Positions 38,489-49,078 of a stretch of 59,941 nucleotides of DNA are shown here, in pieces. This stretch comes from Gammaproteobacteria bacterium (GTDB lineage: Bacteria; Pseudomonadota; Gammaproteobacteria; SZUA-152): positions 1 through 59,941 of the forward strand of contig JAKEGK010000053.1 in NCBI GenBank assembly GCA_022627515.1, given 5' to 3'. Positions within the stretch are counted from its first letter, which is position 1. Each line of letters begins with the position of its first letter. A program made the translations under genes and the position numbers. The notes beneath the pieces were generated by a model. The model saw only the letters and a program-made list of their open reading frames with translations, was not told the DNA's origin and did not search any database.

Positions 38489-40180
38489 ATGGAAAATCAA
38501 CGCCTGTTTTTGTTTATCGCTTTATCCCTGGTTATTTTACTGATGTACAATGCCTGGCAAGAGCAATTCTCGCCCAAGCCAGTCACCACCGGCATCGAAG
38601 CACCACCCAGTCAAGCCGCGATTCCGCCTGATCAGCCCCCCGAACCGCAGGTTCCACGCCAGGATGTTCCAAGCGCTAAACCTGCCACTGGAGAACCACT
38701 GCCACCCGGACCAGCATCCATTGAGCAAGCGGTTAGTGGAATATTAAGCCAGGCGCAACGGATTCATGTGTTGACTGACTTGCTGGATATCGAGATCGAC
38801 GCCACGGGTGGGGACATTCGTAAAGCATCTCTGCTGTCTTACCCGGAAAATCTGAAGGAGCCCGATAAACCGGTGGTGTTGTTCAACGACACATTGCCAC
38901 GGATATTAATTGCCCAATCCGGCATAGTGGCCAGCTCAGGGCAATCAGCGGATCATCACGCGGTTTTCAGCAGCGCGCAATCTGAATACAAGCTCGGCGA
39001 AGCACAGGACAAAATTGACGTTACGCTCAACTGGCAGGGCAAAGATGGCTTTACTATCAATAAAATTTACACCTTTTACCGCGATAGCTACGCAATAGAT
39101 CTGGCCGTTACCATTAACAATGGCACCACTCAGGACTGGTCCGGCCGGTTTTACCGGCAGTTGCAGCGCAATGAAGTCACCGCGCAGGAACAGTCTCGCT
39201 TTATCTACACCTACACGGGTGGCATTGTATCCAATGAAATCAACAAGTATGAAAAAGTTGAACTGGATGACATGGCCACCTGGAAAGCGGAGCAGAATTT
39301 TATCAAAGGTGGCTGGGTCGCCATGATCCAGCATTATTTTATCGGCGCCTGGATTCCCAGGCAGGATCAATATAGTTACTTTTACACCAAAGCGCTCGAC
39401 AACGGCCGCTACCTCATCGGCCTATCCACGGATGAAATCAAGGTGGCTGCCGGGCAAACCAGCAGACTCGACAGCAGCCTGTATATTGGACCCAAGGAAC
39501 GGGACCGGTTGGCCAAAGCGGCTCCGAATCTGCAACTTACGGTTGATTACGGGGTGTTAACCATTCTAGCGGACCCGCTGTTCTGGCTGCTGGATTTCAT
39601 CCACGATTACGTAAAAAACTGGGGCTGGGCAATTATATTAGTGACCCTGGTTATTAAACTGGTGTTTTACAAGTTGTCTGAGGCGGCGTACCGCTCCATG
39701 GCGAACATGCGTAAATTTCAGCCCAAAATAACGGCCTTGCGGGAACGTTATGGCAATGACCGGCAACGCATGAGCCAGGCCATGATGGATCTTTATAAAA
39801 AGGAAAAAATCAATCCTTTGGGCGGGTGTTTGCCCATGCTGGTGCAGATACCGGTGTTTATTGCCCTGTACTGGGTGCTCTTGGAAAGCGTGGAACTGCG
39901 CCAGGCGCCGTTTATCCTGTGGATCGATGACTTGTCAGCCAAGGATCCTTATTATGTGTTGCCGCTGATTATGGGTGCCAGCATGTTTATTCAGCAAAAA
40001 CTGAATCCGGCGCCAATGGATCCCATGCAGGCAAAAATACTGAGCTTTTTGCCAATCGTCTTTACCTTGTTTTTTGCGTTTTTCCCATCCGGTCTGGTGT
40101 TGTATTGGGTCGCAAACAATATACTATCTATCATTCAACAATGGGTTATCACGCGCAAGATCGAGCGTGCTGTCAGTTAA
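38489..40180 (+). CDS. yidC: Membrane protein insertase YidC
   Basis: 563 aa with an N-terminal TM segment, a large periplasmic domain and a C-terminal 60-kDa IMP core (MRKFQPKI..L...YKKEKINPLGGCLPMLVQIPVFIALY). Confidence 0.96.
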   Translation: MENQRLFLFIALSLVILLMYNAWQEQFSPKPVTTGIEAPPSQAAIPPDQPPEPQVPRQDVPSAKPATGEPLPPGPASIEQAVSGILSQAQRIHVLTDLLDIEIDATGGDIRKASLLSYPENLKEPDKPVVLFNDTLPRILIAQSGIVASSGQSADHHAVFSSAQSEYKLGEAQDKIDVTLNWQGKDGFTINKIYTFYRDSYAIDLAVTINNGTTQDWSGRFYRQLQRNEVTAQEQSRFIYTYTGGIVSNEINKYEKVELDDMATWKAEQNFIKGGWVAMIQHYFIGAWIPRQDQYSYFYTKALDNGRYLIGLSTDEIKVAAGQTSRLDSSLYIGPKERDRLAKAAPNLQLTVDYGVLTILADPLFWLLDFIHDYVKNWGWAIILVTLVIKLVFYKLSEAAYRSMANMRKFQPKITALRERYGNDRQRMSQAMMDLYKKEKINPLGGCLPMLVQIPVFIALYWVLLESVELRQAPFILWIDDLSAKDPYYVLPLIMGASMFIQQKLNPAPMDPMQAKILSFLPIVFTLFFAFFPSGLVLYWVANNILSIIQQWVITRKIERAVS

Positions 40181-40237
40181 ACGATTAATCTATCCAGTTT
40201 CCTGTTCGAGATAAGCGTGGCAAGTTTACCGCAAGCC

Positions 40238-41578
40238 ATGGATACCATTACCGCCCTGGCTACCCCGCCGGGGCGTGGTGGCATTGGTGTTATCCGCATT
40301 TCCGGTCCGCTCTGTACCGAGGTTGCCAAAGCGATTCTTGGCAAAATCCCCCCGCCACGCGTTGCGGAATATTTGCCTTTTAAGGATGCCAGCGGCGAAA
40401 CCATTGATATTGGACTGGCTCTGTATTTCTCCTCCCCCCATTCATTTACAGGTGAAGATGTGCTGGAGCTGCAAGGGCACGGCGGCCCGGTAGTGATGGA
40501 CATGTTGATCAAGCGCATTGCCGGTCTTGGCGTGCGCCTGGCGCGGCCCGGCGAGTTTAGCGAACGGGCGTTTCTAAATGACAAACTGGATCTCGCGCAA
40601 GCCGAAGCCATTGCCGATCTGATTGATAGCGCTTCGGAGCAAGCGGCCCGCTCGGCGCTCCGCTCTCTGCAAGGCGAGTTCTCCAGACGCATCCACCAAC
40701 TGGTGGATTCCCTGATTGAAATTCGCACGTATATTGAATCAGCGATTGATTTTCCGGAAGAAGAGATTGATTTTCTGCAGGATGCGCAGATTGGCGAACA
40801 ATTAAATTTCCTTGTTACTCAGTTACAACAAACCCTCTCTGAGGCGCGCCAGGGACAACTGTTGCGCGATGGTATGAGCGTTGTTATCGCCGGCCGGCCC
40901 AACGCCGGCAAATCCACCTTGCTGAATCAATTAACCGGCAGGGAAAGCGCAATCGTCACGGACATACCCGGCACGACACGTGATGTATTGCGGGAACATA
41001 TTCAGATCGATGGATTGCCATTACACATTATCGACACCGCGGGTCTGCGCAAAGGTTCCAATGTGGTGGAAGAGGAAGGCATTCGCCGCGCCTGGAAAGA
41101 AATTAGCCGGGCTGACCGTATCCTGTATCTGGTGGATGCCACCGGCTATGACAACGCATTGAGTGATCCGCTGTTACAGGAGCTGAAAGCCGCCGGTCCC
41201 GGCATTACCATCGTATATAATAAAATGGATTTAATGTCCGAACGCTCTGTAAAGCCATTGGAACCATATCCGCAATTTTTAATTTCGGCCAAAACGGGTG
41301 CCGGTCTTGCAGCGTTACGCAATCATCTGAAAGACTGTGCCGGTTATCAGCATCCAGGGGATAGTGGTTTCATGGCGCGGCGGCGTCATCTGGAAGCGCT
41401 GCACGCGGCGCTGCGGCATGTGCGGCTGAGTCAGCAGCAACTGACGATTAACCGGGCCGGTGAACTATTGGCTGAAGAATTGCGGCTGGCTCAACAACAA
41501 CTGTCGCAAATTACCGGTGAATTTTCTCCGGATGATTTATTAGGAAAAATCTTTGCCAGTTTTTGTATTGGCAAATAA
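40238..41578 (+). CDS. mnmE: tRNA modification GTPase MnmE (TrmE)
   Basis: [17 protein letters not shown]-domain, G-domain [10 protein letters not shown] / DTAG / NKMD, and the C-terminal FCIGK motif. The start is taken at ATG 40238; GTG 40217 is also possible. Confidence 0.94.
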   Translation: MDTITALATPPGRGGIGVIRISGPLCTEVAKAILGKIPPPRVAEYLPFKDASGETIDIGLALYFSSPHSFTGEDVLELQGHGGPVVMDMLIKRIAGLGVRLARPGEFSERAFLNDKLDLAQAEAIADLIDSASEQAARSALRSLQGEFSRRIHQLVDSLIEIRTYIESAIDFPEEEIDFLQDAQIGEQLNFLVTQLQQTLSEARQGQLLRDGMSVVIAGRPNAGKSTLLNQLTGRESAIVTDIPGTTRDVLREHIQIDGLPLHIIDTAGLRKGSNVVEEEGIRRAWKEISRADRILYLVDATGYDNALSDPLLQELKAAGPGITIVYNKMDLMSERSVKPLEPYPQFLISAKTGAGLAALRNHLKDCAGYQHPGDSGFMARRRHLEALHAALRHVRLSQQQLTINRAGELLAEELRLAQQQLSQITGEFSPDDLLGKIFASFCIGK

Positions 41579-41644
41579 TTGCAATAACAATCGATTCGAT
41601 GACATTCCTGAACATAATGAAGAAACCCACAAGGCAACCCGCCA

Positions 41645-43885
41645 ATGGCATGGTTGCGTAAATGTTATGCCTTGCCAATCCGGCTTGCCGGATTAACGCT
41701 AATTTGTGGTCTGCTGCTCAATGTCCCACAACTTACTGCCGCGGAAGCTGACAAACGCTGGCAGTATTGCAGTACGCAATTTGCGCCACCGAACTTACTG
41801 GCCGATAGCGCAGTGAAAGGTGTACAACTTGCCGAAGATGAAATATTGGTTACCGCGGACAAGGCGCGGATTGAAAAACTCCGGATCTATCATTTCGAAG
41901 GGAATGTCGTTCTGCAGCAAGCGCAAGGAAACATCTTCACCGATCATGCTGTTTATGACCGGTTAACCAACAAGATATACGCCGAAGGCTCAGTGCGTTA
42001 TCAAACGGGCAGCCATGTTTTATTGGGAAACAAAGCGGATGTTGAGGTTGAGAACGATGTAGGCAGTATTAGCGATGCTGAGTTCTGGCTGCTGGAAAAT
42101 CATCTCCGCGGCAGGGCCCAGTCAATATCGATACTCAGTGAAGACGTATTGCAGCTGGATCAGGTGTTGTTTACCAGTTGTGACAAGGAGAATGAAAGCT
42201 GGGTATTAAAAGCATCCAGCCTGCACCTGGATCTCGAAAAAAATGTGGGCAAGGCCAAGCACGCGCGCCTGGAGTTTATGAAAGTTCCCTTTTTATATCT
42301 GCCGTATATGAGCCTGCCGATCAAAGGGCGGAAGACAGGATTTCTCGCGCCGAATTTTGGAACATCCAATGCGTCGGGTACGGAAGTATCGCTGCCCTAT
42401 TACTTTAATATTGCCCCAGACCAGGATGCCACGCTGACCGCGCGTTACTACAGTAAACGCGGCACACAATTTAGCGGCGAGTACCGTTATCTGCACCGGC
42501 GGCATGAAGGCGAATTGTATGCGGAACACTTGCCTGACGACCGGGAATATGGTGAAGAGGACCGGACGTATGCCACGTTGAATCATAGCGGAAATCCGGG
42601 CCACGGTTGGCGTACACAATTGCATTATAGCTATGCTTCAGACGGAGATTATCTCGCCGATTTCTGGAACGATCTGAGTGCTTCAAGTCTTACCCACCTG
42701 GAGCGCGTTTTAGATGTTGATTATCAGGCGCCTGAATGGCGCGCCAAAGCGAAAGTACAAACCTTTCAGACGCTGGATGAAACCATTGCCGCTGTTGACC
42801 GGCCCTACCAGCGGTTGCCGCAATTACAGGTAATCACTAATCCGTTAATCATGGACGTTGGCCTGGAAACTTCCGCGACGGCGGAACTGGTCCAGTTCTA
42901 TCGCTCCGAAGGTGTTACCGGTACGCGTTTTGATGTAGCGCCGGAAATCTCCTGGCCTTACCGCGCTGCAGCAGGATTTATCGATCCATCCGTAAAACTG
43001 CGTTATTCCCAATATCAGCTGGATAACCAGGATGCGCTATTTGCGGAACAAATCAGCCGCACGGTGCCGCAAGTGAGTCTCGATAGCGGCCTGATTTTCG
43101 AGCGCGACGCCGGCTTTTCAGAGGCAGGCCTGATCCAGACACTGGAACCCCGTTTGTACTATCTTTATGTGCCTTATCGTGACCAGGATGACATTCCGGT
43201 ATTTGACACGATCCTGCCCTTGTTTAGTTACTCTGAACTGTTTCGCGACAACCGTTTTTCCGGCGTTGACCGTATCGGAGACGCAAACCAGTTAAGTTTT
43301 TCCTTGTCCACGCGCTTTTTAAGCGAGTCCGGAAATGAACGGTTACTCGCCAGTCTCGGACAAATCTTTTATCTTAAGGACCAGAAAGTTGCTTTACCCG
43401 GGGGAGCGCCATCGTCCCGTTCCCAATCCGTAGTGGCGGGCGTATTGCGCAGTCAATGGAGCAGGCAACTCGGAGCGACGGCCAGCGTGGAATGGGATCA
43501 AATACAACAGGAGGTGGATAAAGGCTCAGTGCAGTTCCGTTATCAGTTCAACCGCGATAAAATCACTCATCTTTCCTATCGCTACGAGAAAGACGCCATA
43601 GATCAGATGGATTTCTCCGCGCTCTGGCCGTTGCGGCCGCAATGGAAAGCCTACGTGAGATATTATTATTCGTTTCTGAACAGCATAACACTGGAAACGG
43701 TGGGAGGAATCGAATATGAGAATTGCTGCTGGTCAGTCCGTTTTGTGTATCGTGACTATATCACCGATCTGGCCACTGATAGCCGTAACGACTCCGTATG
43801 GTTCGAGCTTGAACTTAAAGGCCTGGCCAGTGTCGGTAGAAAAGTCAGATCAGCTTTTGAAACAGGAATATTGCCGGGAATTTAA
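41645..43885 (+). CDS. lptD: LPS-assembly outer-membrane protein LptD
   Basis: 746 aa with a signal peptide, an OstA-like N-domain and a large beta-barrel. It is followed by surA-pdxA-rsmA as in enterobacteria. Confidence 0.93.
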   Translation: MAWLRKCYALPIRLAGLTLICGLLLNVPQLTAAEADKRWQYCSTQFAPPNLLADSAVKGVQLAEDEILVTADKARIEKLRIYHFEGNVVLQQAQGNIFTDHAVYDRLTNKIYAEGSVRYQTGSHVLLGNKADVEVENDVGSISDAEFWLLENHLRGRAQSISILSEDVLQLDQVLFTSCDKENESWVLKASSLHLDLEKNVGKAKHARLEFMKVPFLYLPYMSLPIKGRKTGFLAPNFGTSNASGTEVSLPYYFNIAPDQDATLTARYYSKRGTQFSGEYRYLHRRHEGELYAEHLPDDREYGEEDRTYATLNHSGNPGHGWRTQLHYSYASDGDYLADFWNDLSASSLTHLERVLDVDYQAPEWRAKAKVQTFQTLDETIAAVDRPYQRLPQLQVITNPLIMDVGLETSATAELVQFYRSEGVTGTRFDVAPEISWPYRAAAGFIDPSVKLRYSQYQLDNQDALFAEQISRTVPQVSLDSGLIFERDAGFSEAGLIQTLEPRLYYLYVPYRDQDDIPVFDTILPLFSYSELFRDNRFSGVDRIGDANQLSFSLSTRFLSESGNERLLASLGQIFYLKDQKVALPGGAPSSRSQSVVAGVLRSQWSRQLGATASVEWDQIQQEVDKGSVQFRYQFNRDKITHLSYRYEKDAIDQMDFSALWPLRPQWKAYVRYYYSFLNSITLETVGGIEYENCCWSVRFVYRDYITDLATDSRNDSVWFELELKGLASVGRKVRSAFETGILPGI

Positions 43886-43921
43886 CTAACAGGCGGCGGC
43901 ATTTCCAGCAACCGGATTCCA

Positions 43922-45256
43922 ATGACAGGTCTTATGATAAAAATACCAAAATACTCTTCGAAAAAACGGCGCTTAGCACTATTAGCCCTTTTGGTAATGT
44001 TCTGCTTCCCCGCCGCATTATTCGCAGCCGTGGAAAAACACAATTCCATTGACCGCATCGTTGCAATTGTCAATGATGACGTAATTACTTACGTTGAACT
44101 GGCAACGGAGGTGAATGTCATCAAGCAACAGTTGCGTGCGCAGCAAACACAACTGCCACCGGATAATATTCTGGAAAAACAGGTTCTGGACAGACTGGTG
44201 ATAACGCGCATCCAGCTGCAGCATGCGGAAAGACGCCTGCTGAAAGTGGACGATGAAACACTGAATAAGGCCATTGCCAACATTGCCAGTCAGAATGGGC
44301 TGGACATCAATGATTTTCGCCAGGCATTGGAAGCCAGTGGCATGAACTACAGCGAATACCGGGAACGGATAAGGAATGAAATTATTGTCTCGCGGTTACA
44401 GCAGCGTGAGGTTCAGCGCAAGATCAATGTCACCGACCAGGAAATAGAGGATTTTCTTGCCAATCAGGATTTACAGGAAAGCACCAACGAAGAATACCGT
44501 TTGCAGCACATTCTGCTGGTGGTGCCGGAAGCGGCCGCCGCGGAACGCATTCAGGCCGTGAAGCAGAAAGCGCAGCAATTGCTGGAACGGCTGCAGGCCG
44601 GCGAGGATTTCTCGCAGGTTGCCATTGCCGATTCTGACGGACAGCAGGCCTTGACTGGCGGCGATCTTGGCTGGCGTAAACTGGCGGAAATTCCCACCCT
44701 GTTTTCCGATTTAGTGCGCAATATGCAAGTGGGAGAACTGAGCGGCGTGATACGCAGTCCCAGCGGCTTCCATATTATCAAGCTGGCTGAAAAACGCAGT
44801 TCCGATGTTCAGCACATCGTGAAGCAGACATTGGCAAGACATATATTGATACAAACCAACGAGCTGGTTGCAAGCGATGAGGCACTGGAGCGCTTGCAGC
44901 AATTAAAGCAACGTATCGAGAGCGGGGAAGATTTCGCGCAAATCGCGAAAGCGCATTCGGATGACAAAGGATCAGCCGCGGATGGGGGCAACCTGGGCTG
45001 GGTTAATCCGGGCGTCATGGTCAGGGAATTCGAGGAGGCCATGAACCAGTTGCAACCGGGCGAGATCAGCGTCCCGGTTAAAACCCAGTTTGGATGGCAT
45101 TTAATAAAAGTGGAAGACCGCCGTGAACACGACAACACCGAGGAATTTGTCAAACGGCAGGCCGGGGAATTTATTCTGCAGCAAAAACTCGGACCCGCCC
45201 TGGAAAACTGGATAAGGCAAATCAAAGACGAGGCATTTGTCCAGTTGCGTTTGTAA
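43922..45256 (+). CDS. surA: Periplasmic chaperone / peptidyl-prolyl isomerase SurA
   Basis: Signal peptide, SurA N-domain (IVAIVNDDVIT) and two parvulin domains (GGDLGW..., GGNLGW...). Start alternatives lie within the first 5 codons. Confidence 0.92.
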   Translation: MTGLMIKIPKYSSKKRRLALLALLVMFCFPAALFAAVEKHNSIDRIVAIVNDDVITYVELATEVNVIKQQLRAQQTQLPPDNILEKQVLDRLVITRIQLQHAERRLLKVDDETLNKAIANIASQNGLDINDFRQALEASGMNYSEYRERIRNEIIVSRLQQREVQRKINVTDQEIEDFLANQDLQESTNEEYRLQHILLVVPEAAAAERIQAVKQKAQQLLERLQAGEDFSQVAIADSDGQQALTGGDLGWRKLAEIPTLFSDLVRNMQVGELSGVIRSPSGFHIIKLAEKRSSDVQHIVKQTLARHILIQTNELVASDEALERLQQLKQRIESGEDFAQIAKAHSDDKGSAADGGNLGWVNPGVMVREFEEAMNQLQPGEISVPVKTQFGWHLIKVEDRREHDNTEEFVKRQAGEFILQQKLGPALENWIRQIKDEAFVQLRL

Positions 45257-45283
45257 AACATGCCCACGATACGCTAGCCATCC

Positions 45284-46282
45284 ATGAATACACTGTTGCA
45301 CCCGCGCTTGGCTATTACTTCGGGAGAACCCGCGGGCATCGGGCCGGATCTTTGCGTGCAACTGGCGCAGGTGAACATTGATGCGCAACTGATTGTATTC
45401 GCAGACCCTCAGCTGATCGAACAACGGGCGCAGCAGCTCAATGTCAGCCTTGATATCGTCTTACTTGACGCTCCGGACAGTCCGTGCGGCGCACAGCGGC
45501 CGGGCGTCATTCATGTATTTCCCATCCGCCTCGCCCGCCCTGTAACGCCTGGAGAATTAAATCCTGAAAATTCGCGATATGTGCTGACCATGCTGGAGCG
45601 CGCGGCGCAAGCCTGCTTGAGCGGCGCCTGCCATGGCATGGTGACCGCGCCACTGCATAAAGGTGTTATAAATGATGCAGGCATAAAGTTTTCCGGTCAT
45701 ACCGAGTTCCTGGCGGAACTGACCCATACTCCATTGCCGGTGATGATGCTGGAGACCAAAGGACTGCGGGTTGCCCTGGCAACGACACATTTGCCATTGC
45801 GCGAAGTGGCTGACGCGATAACGGCGGCGCGCCTGACGCAGGTGATTGAAATATTGCACGCGGATCTCAAAAATAAATACGGTATCGCGCAACCGGTAAT
45901 ATTCGTGTGCGGGTTAAATCCGCATGCGGGTGAGGGAGGGCATCTCGGCACCGAGGAACAGCAAGTCATTGAACCCGTGCTGAATCAATTGCGGCGGCAG
46001 GGCATGTCGCTGGTCGGTCCGTTGCCCGCGGACACGATATTCAGTCCCGGAAATCTGGCGCAAGCGGATGCCTTTCTTGCCATGTATCATGATCAGGGAC
46101 TGCCGGTACTCAAATTCAAAGGCTTTGGGCAGGCCATTAACACCACACTGGGATTACCATTTATCCGCACTTCCGTTGATCATGGCACCGCCCTGCCGCT
46201 GGCCGGTACGGGTAAAGCCGACAGCAGCAGTTTTTTGCTCGCGATTCAGTCCGCGTTCAACCTGATTAAAAGGAAAGCGTAA
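45284..46282 (+). CDS. pdxA: 4-hydroxythreonine-4-phosphate dehydrogenase
   Basis: 332 aa with [20 protein letters not shown] and [11 protein letters not shown] motifs. Confidence 0.94.
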   Translation: MNTLLHPRLAITSGEPAGIGPDLCVQLAQVNIDAQLIVFADPQLIEQRAQQLNVSLDIVLLDAPDSPCGAQRPGVIHVFPIRLARPVTPGELNPENSRYVLTMLERAAQACLSGACHGMVTAPLHKGVINDAGIKFSGHTEFLAELTHTPLPVMMLETKGLRVALATTHLPLREVADAITAARLTQVIEILHADLKNKYGIAQPVIFVCGLNPHAGEGGHLGTEEQQVIEPVLNQLRRQGMSLVGPLPADTIFSPGNLAQADAFLAMYHDQGLPVLKFKGFGQAINTTLGLPFIRTSVDHGTALPLAGTGKADSSSFLLAIQSAFNLIKRKA

Positions 46283-46303
46283 CCGCTTGTAAAACAGCCT
46301 TCC

Positions 46304-47089
46304 ATGACTCGTTCAATTCCATACCGGCCGCGCAAACGTTTCGGCCAGAATTTTCTGAAAGACCGCGCCGTGTTGCAGCAGATCGTGAACGCGATAGCGC
46401 CGTGTGCCAACGACCATGTGGTGGAGATAGGGCCGGGCATGGGTGTGATGACTCAGGCGATATTACCGCATGTAAAGTTTCTTGATGCCGTGGAGCTGGA
46501 TCGTGACCTGGTTGCCAAGCTGCAGCGGTTGCCACTGGGTAACTTCAGCATTCACAGCGCCGATGCCTTGAAATTCGATTTTTGTTCCCTGGCAAGGGCC
46601 GGAGAAAAACTGCGAATCGCGGGAAATCTGCCGTACAACATTTCCACTCCGCTGATTTTTCACTTGCTGCAACAGAGTCATTGCATTGTTGATATGCATT
46701 TTATGCTGCAAAAGGAAGTGGTCGACCGGCTTGCGGCGTCGCCGGGAGAACGCGCTTATGGCAAACTGGGCGTCATGGTGCAATACTATTGCCGTGTGGA
46801 AAAACTGTTTAACGTGGCGCCGGAGGCGTTTTCCCCGCCGCCGAAAGTGGAATCCGCCGTGGTGCGTTTGGTTCCACGCGGTGAACCCCCGGTACATGTC
46901 AACGACTTGAGTCTGTTTGAACAGGTGGTCAGCGCGGCATTTGCCTAGCGCCGGAAAACACTGCGCAACACTTTAAAGGGCCTGATCGGCGCGGACACCA
47001 TGGAGGCCAACGGTATAATTCCGTCGCGCCGGGGCGAAACGCTCTCTCTGCAGGAATTCGCAGTACTGGCCAACCTGCTGGCCAAATAA
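46304..47089 (+). pseudogene. rsmA: 16S rRNA (adenine1518/1519-N6)-dimethyltransferase RsmA/KsgA interrupted by an in-frame TAG (46946-46948)
   Basis: The N-terminal 214 aa are a normal KsgA (KRFGQNFL, VVEIGPGMG, NLPYNISTP). The ORF stops at ...VVSAAFA-TAG. The same frame then continues RRKTLRNTLKGL...FAVLANLLAK-TAA (stop at 47087-47089). The conserved family motif here is AF.QRRKT, so TAG replaces the Gln (CAG) codon. Confidence 0.85.
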
Positions 47090-47103
47090 CTTCTGACATC
47101 ATT

Positions 47104-47877
47104 ATGGATCTGCATCTGGTCAAAGCGATCGCAAGTTTCATTTTGCCCCCCACCGGCCTGATCATATTGGGCATGGTGGGTATGGGTATTTCGCTTATCT
47201 GGAAAAAGCTTGGCATGTGGGTTGCCTCCCTCAGCCTGTCGGGTTTGCTGCTCTGCAGTCTGCCAGCAGTGTCAGCAATACTGGTGGAGTCCCTGCAAAC
47301 CGATCCGCCCATACCCGAAAATGAATTGAAAAAAACTTTAGCCCAGGCGGATGCGGTGGTTGTCCTGACCGGAGGCAGGCGTGCGGCGGCGGAGGAATTT
47401 GGCGATGACACGATATCCGGATATTCCCTGGAAAGAGTCCGTTACGCCGCCTGGATTGTGAAACGCACGGGCTTACCGCTAATTATCAGTGGCGGGCGCG
47501 TGCATAACAATGAAACCGTAAGTGAAGCGCAACTGATGAGGCGCATACTGCAAAAAGAATTTATCGTGATAGTGGATCACACGGAAGAACAAAGCCGCAC
47601 CACTTTTGAAAACGCCAATTACACCGCGCAATTTTTAAAAGAGAACGCGCTGCGCAAAATTGCCCTGGTCACTCACGCCTGGCACATGCCGCGCGCCAAG
47701 GCATCCTTCAACTATTTTGACATACAGGTGATACCGGCGCCCACGGCGTTTTACGGCCGCAATAAATCGGCACGGTTTGACGACTATCTGCCGTCAGCGG
47801 AGGCGCTGAAATTTTCCGGGATTGCTTTTCACGAAATTTTTGGCCAGTGGTGGTATGGCCTGCGGTACTACAAGTAA
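47104..47877 (+). CDS. YdcF/ElyC (DUF218) family protein
   Basis: Two N-terminal TM segments plus a DUF218 body (VVVLTGG...ISGG...EEQSRTTFENA...LVTHAWHMPRA). Confidence 0.8.
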   Translation: MDLHLVKAIASFILPPTGLIILGMVGMGISLIWKKLGMWVASLSLSGLLLCSLPAVSAILVESLQTDPPIPENELKKTLAQADAVVVLTGGRRAAAEEFGDDTISGYSLERVRYAAWIVKRTGLPLIISGGRVHNNETVSEAQLMRRILQKEFIVIVDHTEEQSRTTFENANYTAQFLKENALRKIALVTHAWHMPRAKASFNYFDIQVIPAPTAFYGRNKSARFDDYLPSAEALKFSGIAFHEIFGQWWYGLRYYK

Positions 47878-48012
47878 CGCCTGCACGATTAACTAATGCC
47901 TATCCGTAACAATGTAAAGATTTTCAACGCAAAGGCGCTGCATCACGAAGACAAAGCACAACGTTTTTTATTCTTTGCGCCATTGCTTCTTTGTGTTGAA
48001 TCCGCAGGAGCG

Positions 48013-49020
48013 CTAAAAATGAACGCGCTCCATCAGGTAGCATAGACAGTCCTTGCGGATGATGTCGCTTTCGATGGTCAGCATGGAAGGCATGATATCG
48101 CAGCGTGTCACCAGGCGGTGCTGATTGATGTGAAAAAAACGTTCATACACTTCATTGCCATCTTCGTCTGTTACGATCAGCGGTTTTATATCCGGCCGGC
48201 GGATACCGGCAATGCCGGTGCCCGCGGGCAATTCACAAAAGTTGAGATTTTCCAGATCCGACCGGAAGCAGATGTCCGCGGTGCTTTCAGTAAAACTGAA
48301 ATTTACGCCAGGCGGCACTTTTACCGTGGCCACAGTATGAAACAGATCCATGTCCTGTTTTAATACCGGACGGTCCGGCAGCTCGGATAGTCCCAGGCAG
48401 GACTCGATGTATTCCAGCGCGTGGGTAATGCCGAGCCGGTGCTCGGTCTTGCCGCATTCCACTGTGACAGCCGGACAGATTTCCGCGAAGGCTCTGGATT
48501 GCACACCCTCGGGCCGTATAAAATAAATCACCGTGCGGCTGAACAAAATAGCTAACTGATAAAAGGCATTGTCCATGCGGTTGACACAGGCATAGTGCGG
48601 ATTGAGGCCGGTGTTGTTGTGGATATCGATACTGACAAACACGCCCCGCCTGCGCATTTCATCCAGCACCTGTTGCATGAGCCGTGCTTCAGCGGCATCG
48701 GGCTGATACCCGCTATTCGGCCAGATGCGGTTGTAATCCATCTGATTATCCAAACGGCGTTTGCCAAATTTTGCCGCTGCGATATTGCCGATAAATATAC
48801 TCAGCGAGCGGGGTAAAACGGCGTGCTGATATTTTTTCAATAATTCCTGAACCGCGTAATAGCCTGATGTTTCATTACCGTGCAGCAACACCGAAACAAA
48901 CAGCGGCGGCTCGCGCTGACCGGTTAAATGGATCAGGGTCGGCTGGTCCAGCAGGCGAAATAACTCCGTTGGCGGCGTAGTTAACAATCCATTGGGTATG
49001 TGCGAAATGACGTTAAGCAT
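48013..49020 (-). CDS. Succinylglutamate desuccinylase/aspartoacylase (AstE/AspA, M14-like) family zinc hydrolase
   Basis: VSVLLHGNETSG (the H-x-x-E zinc motif of the family), a later DIHNNTG motif, 335 aa. Confidence 0.72.
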   Translation of the reverse strand: MLNVISHIPNGLLTTPPTELFRLLDQPTLIHLTGQREPPLFVSVLLHGNETSGYYAVQELLKKYQHAVLPRSLSIFIGNIAAAKFGKRRLDNQMDYNRIWPNSGYQPDAAEARLMQQVLDEMRRRGVFVSIDIHNNTGLNPHYACVNRMDNAFYQLAILFSRTVIYFIRPEGVQSRAFAEICPAVTVECGKTEHRLGITHALEYIESCLGLSELPDRPVLKQDMDLFHTVATVKVPPGVNFSFTESTADICFRSDLENLNFCELPAGTGIAGIRRPDIKPLIVTDEDGNEVYERFFHINQHRLVTRCDIMPSMLTIESDIIRKDCLCYLMERVHF

Positions 49021-49078
49021 GGATATAAGGCTGGGTCTTGTTGTACCTGTTCGTTAATTGAATGAGCGCCGCCGGCAA

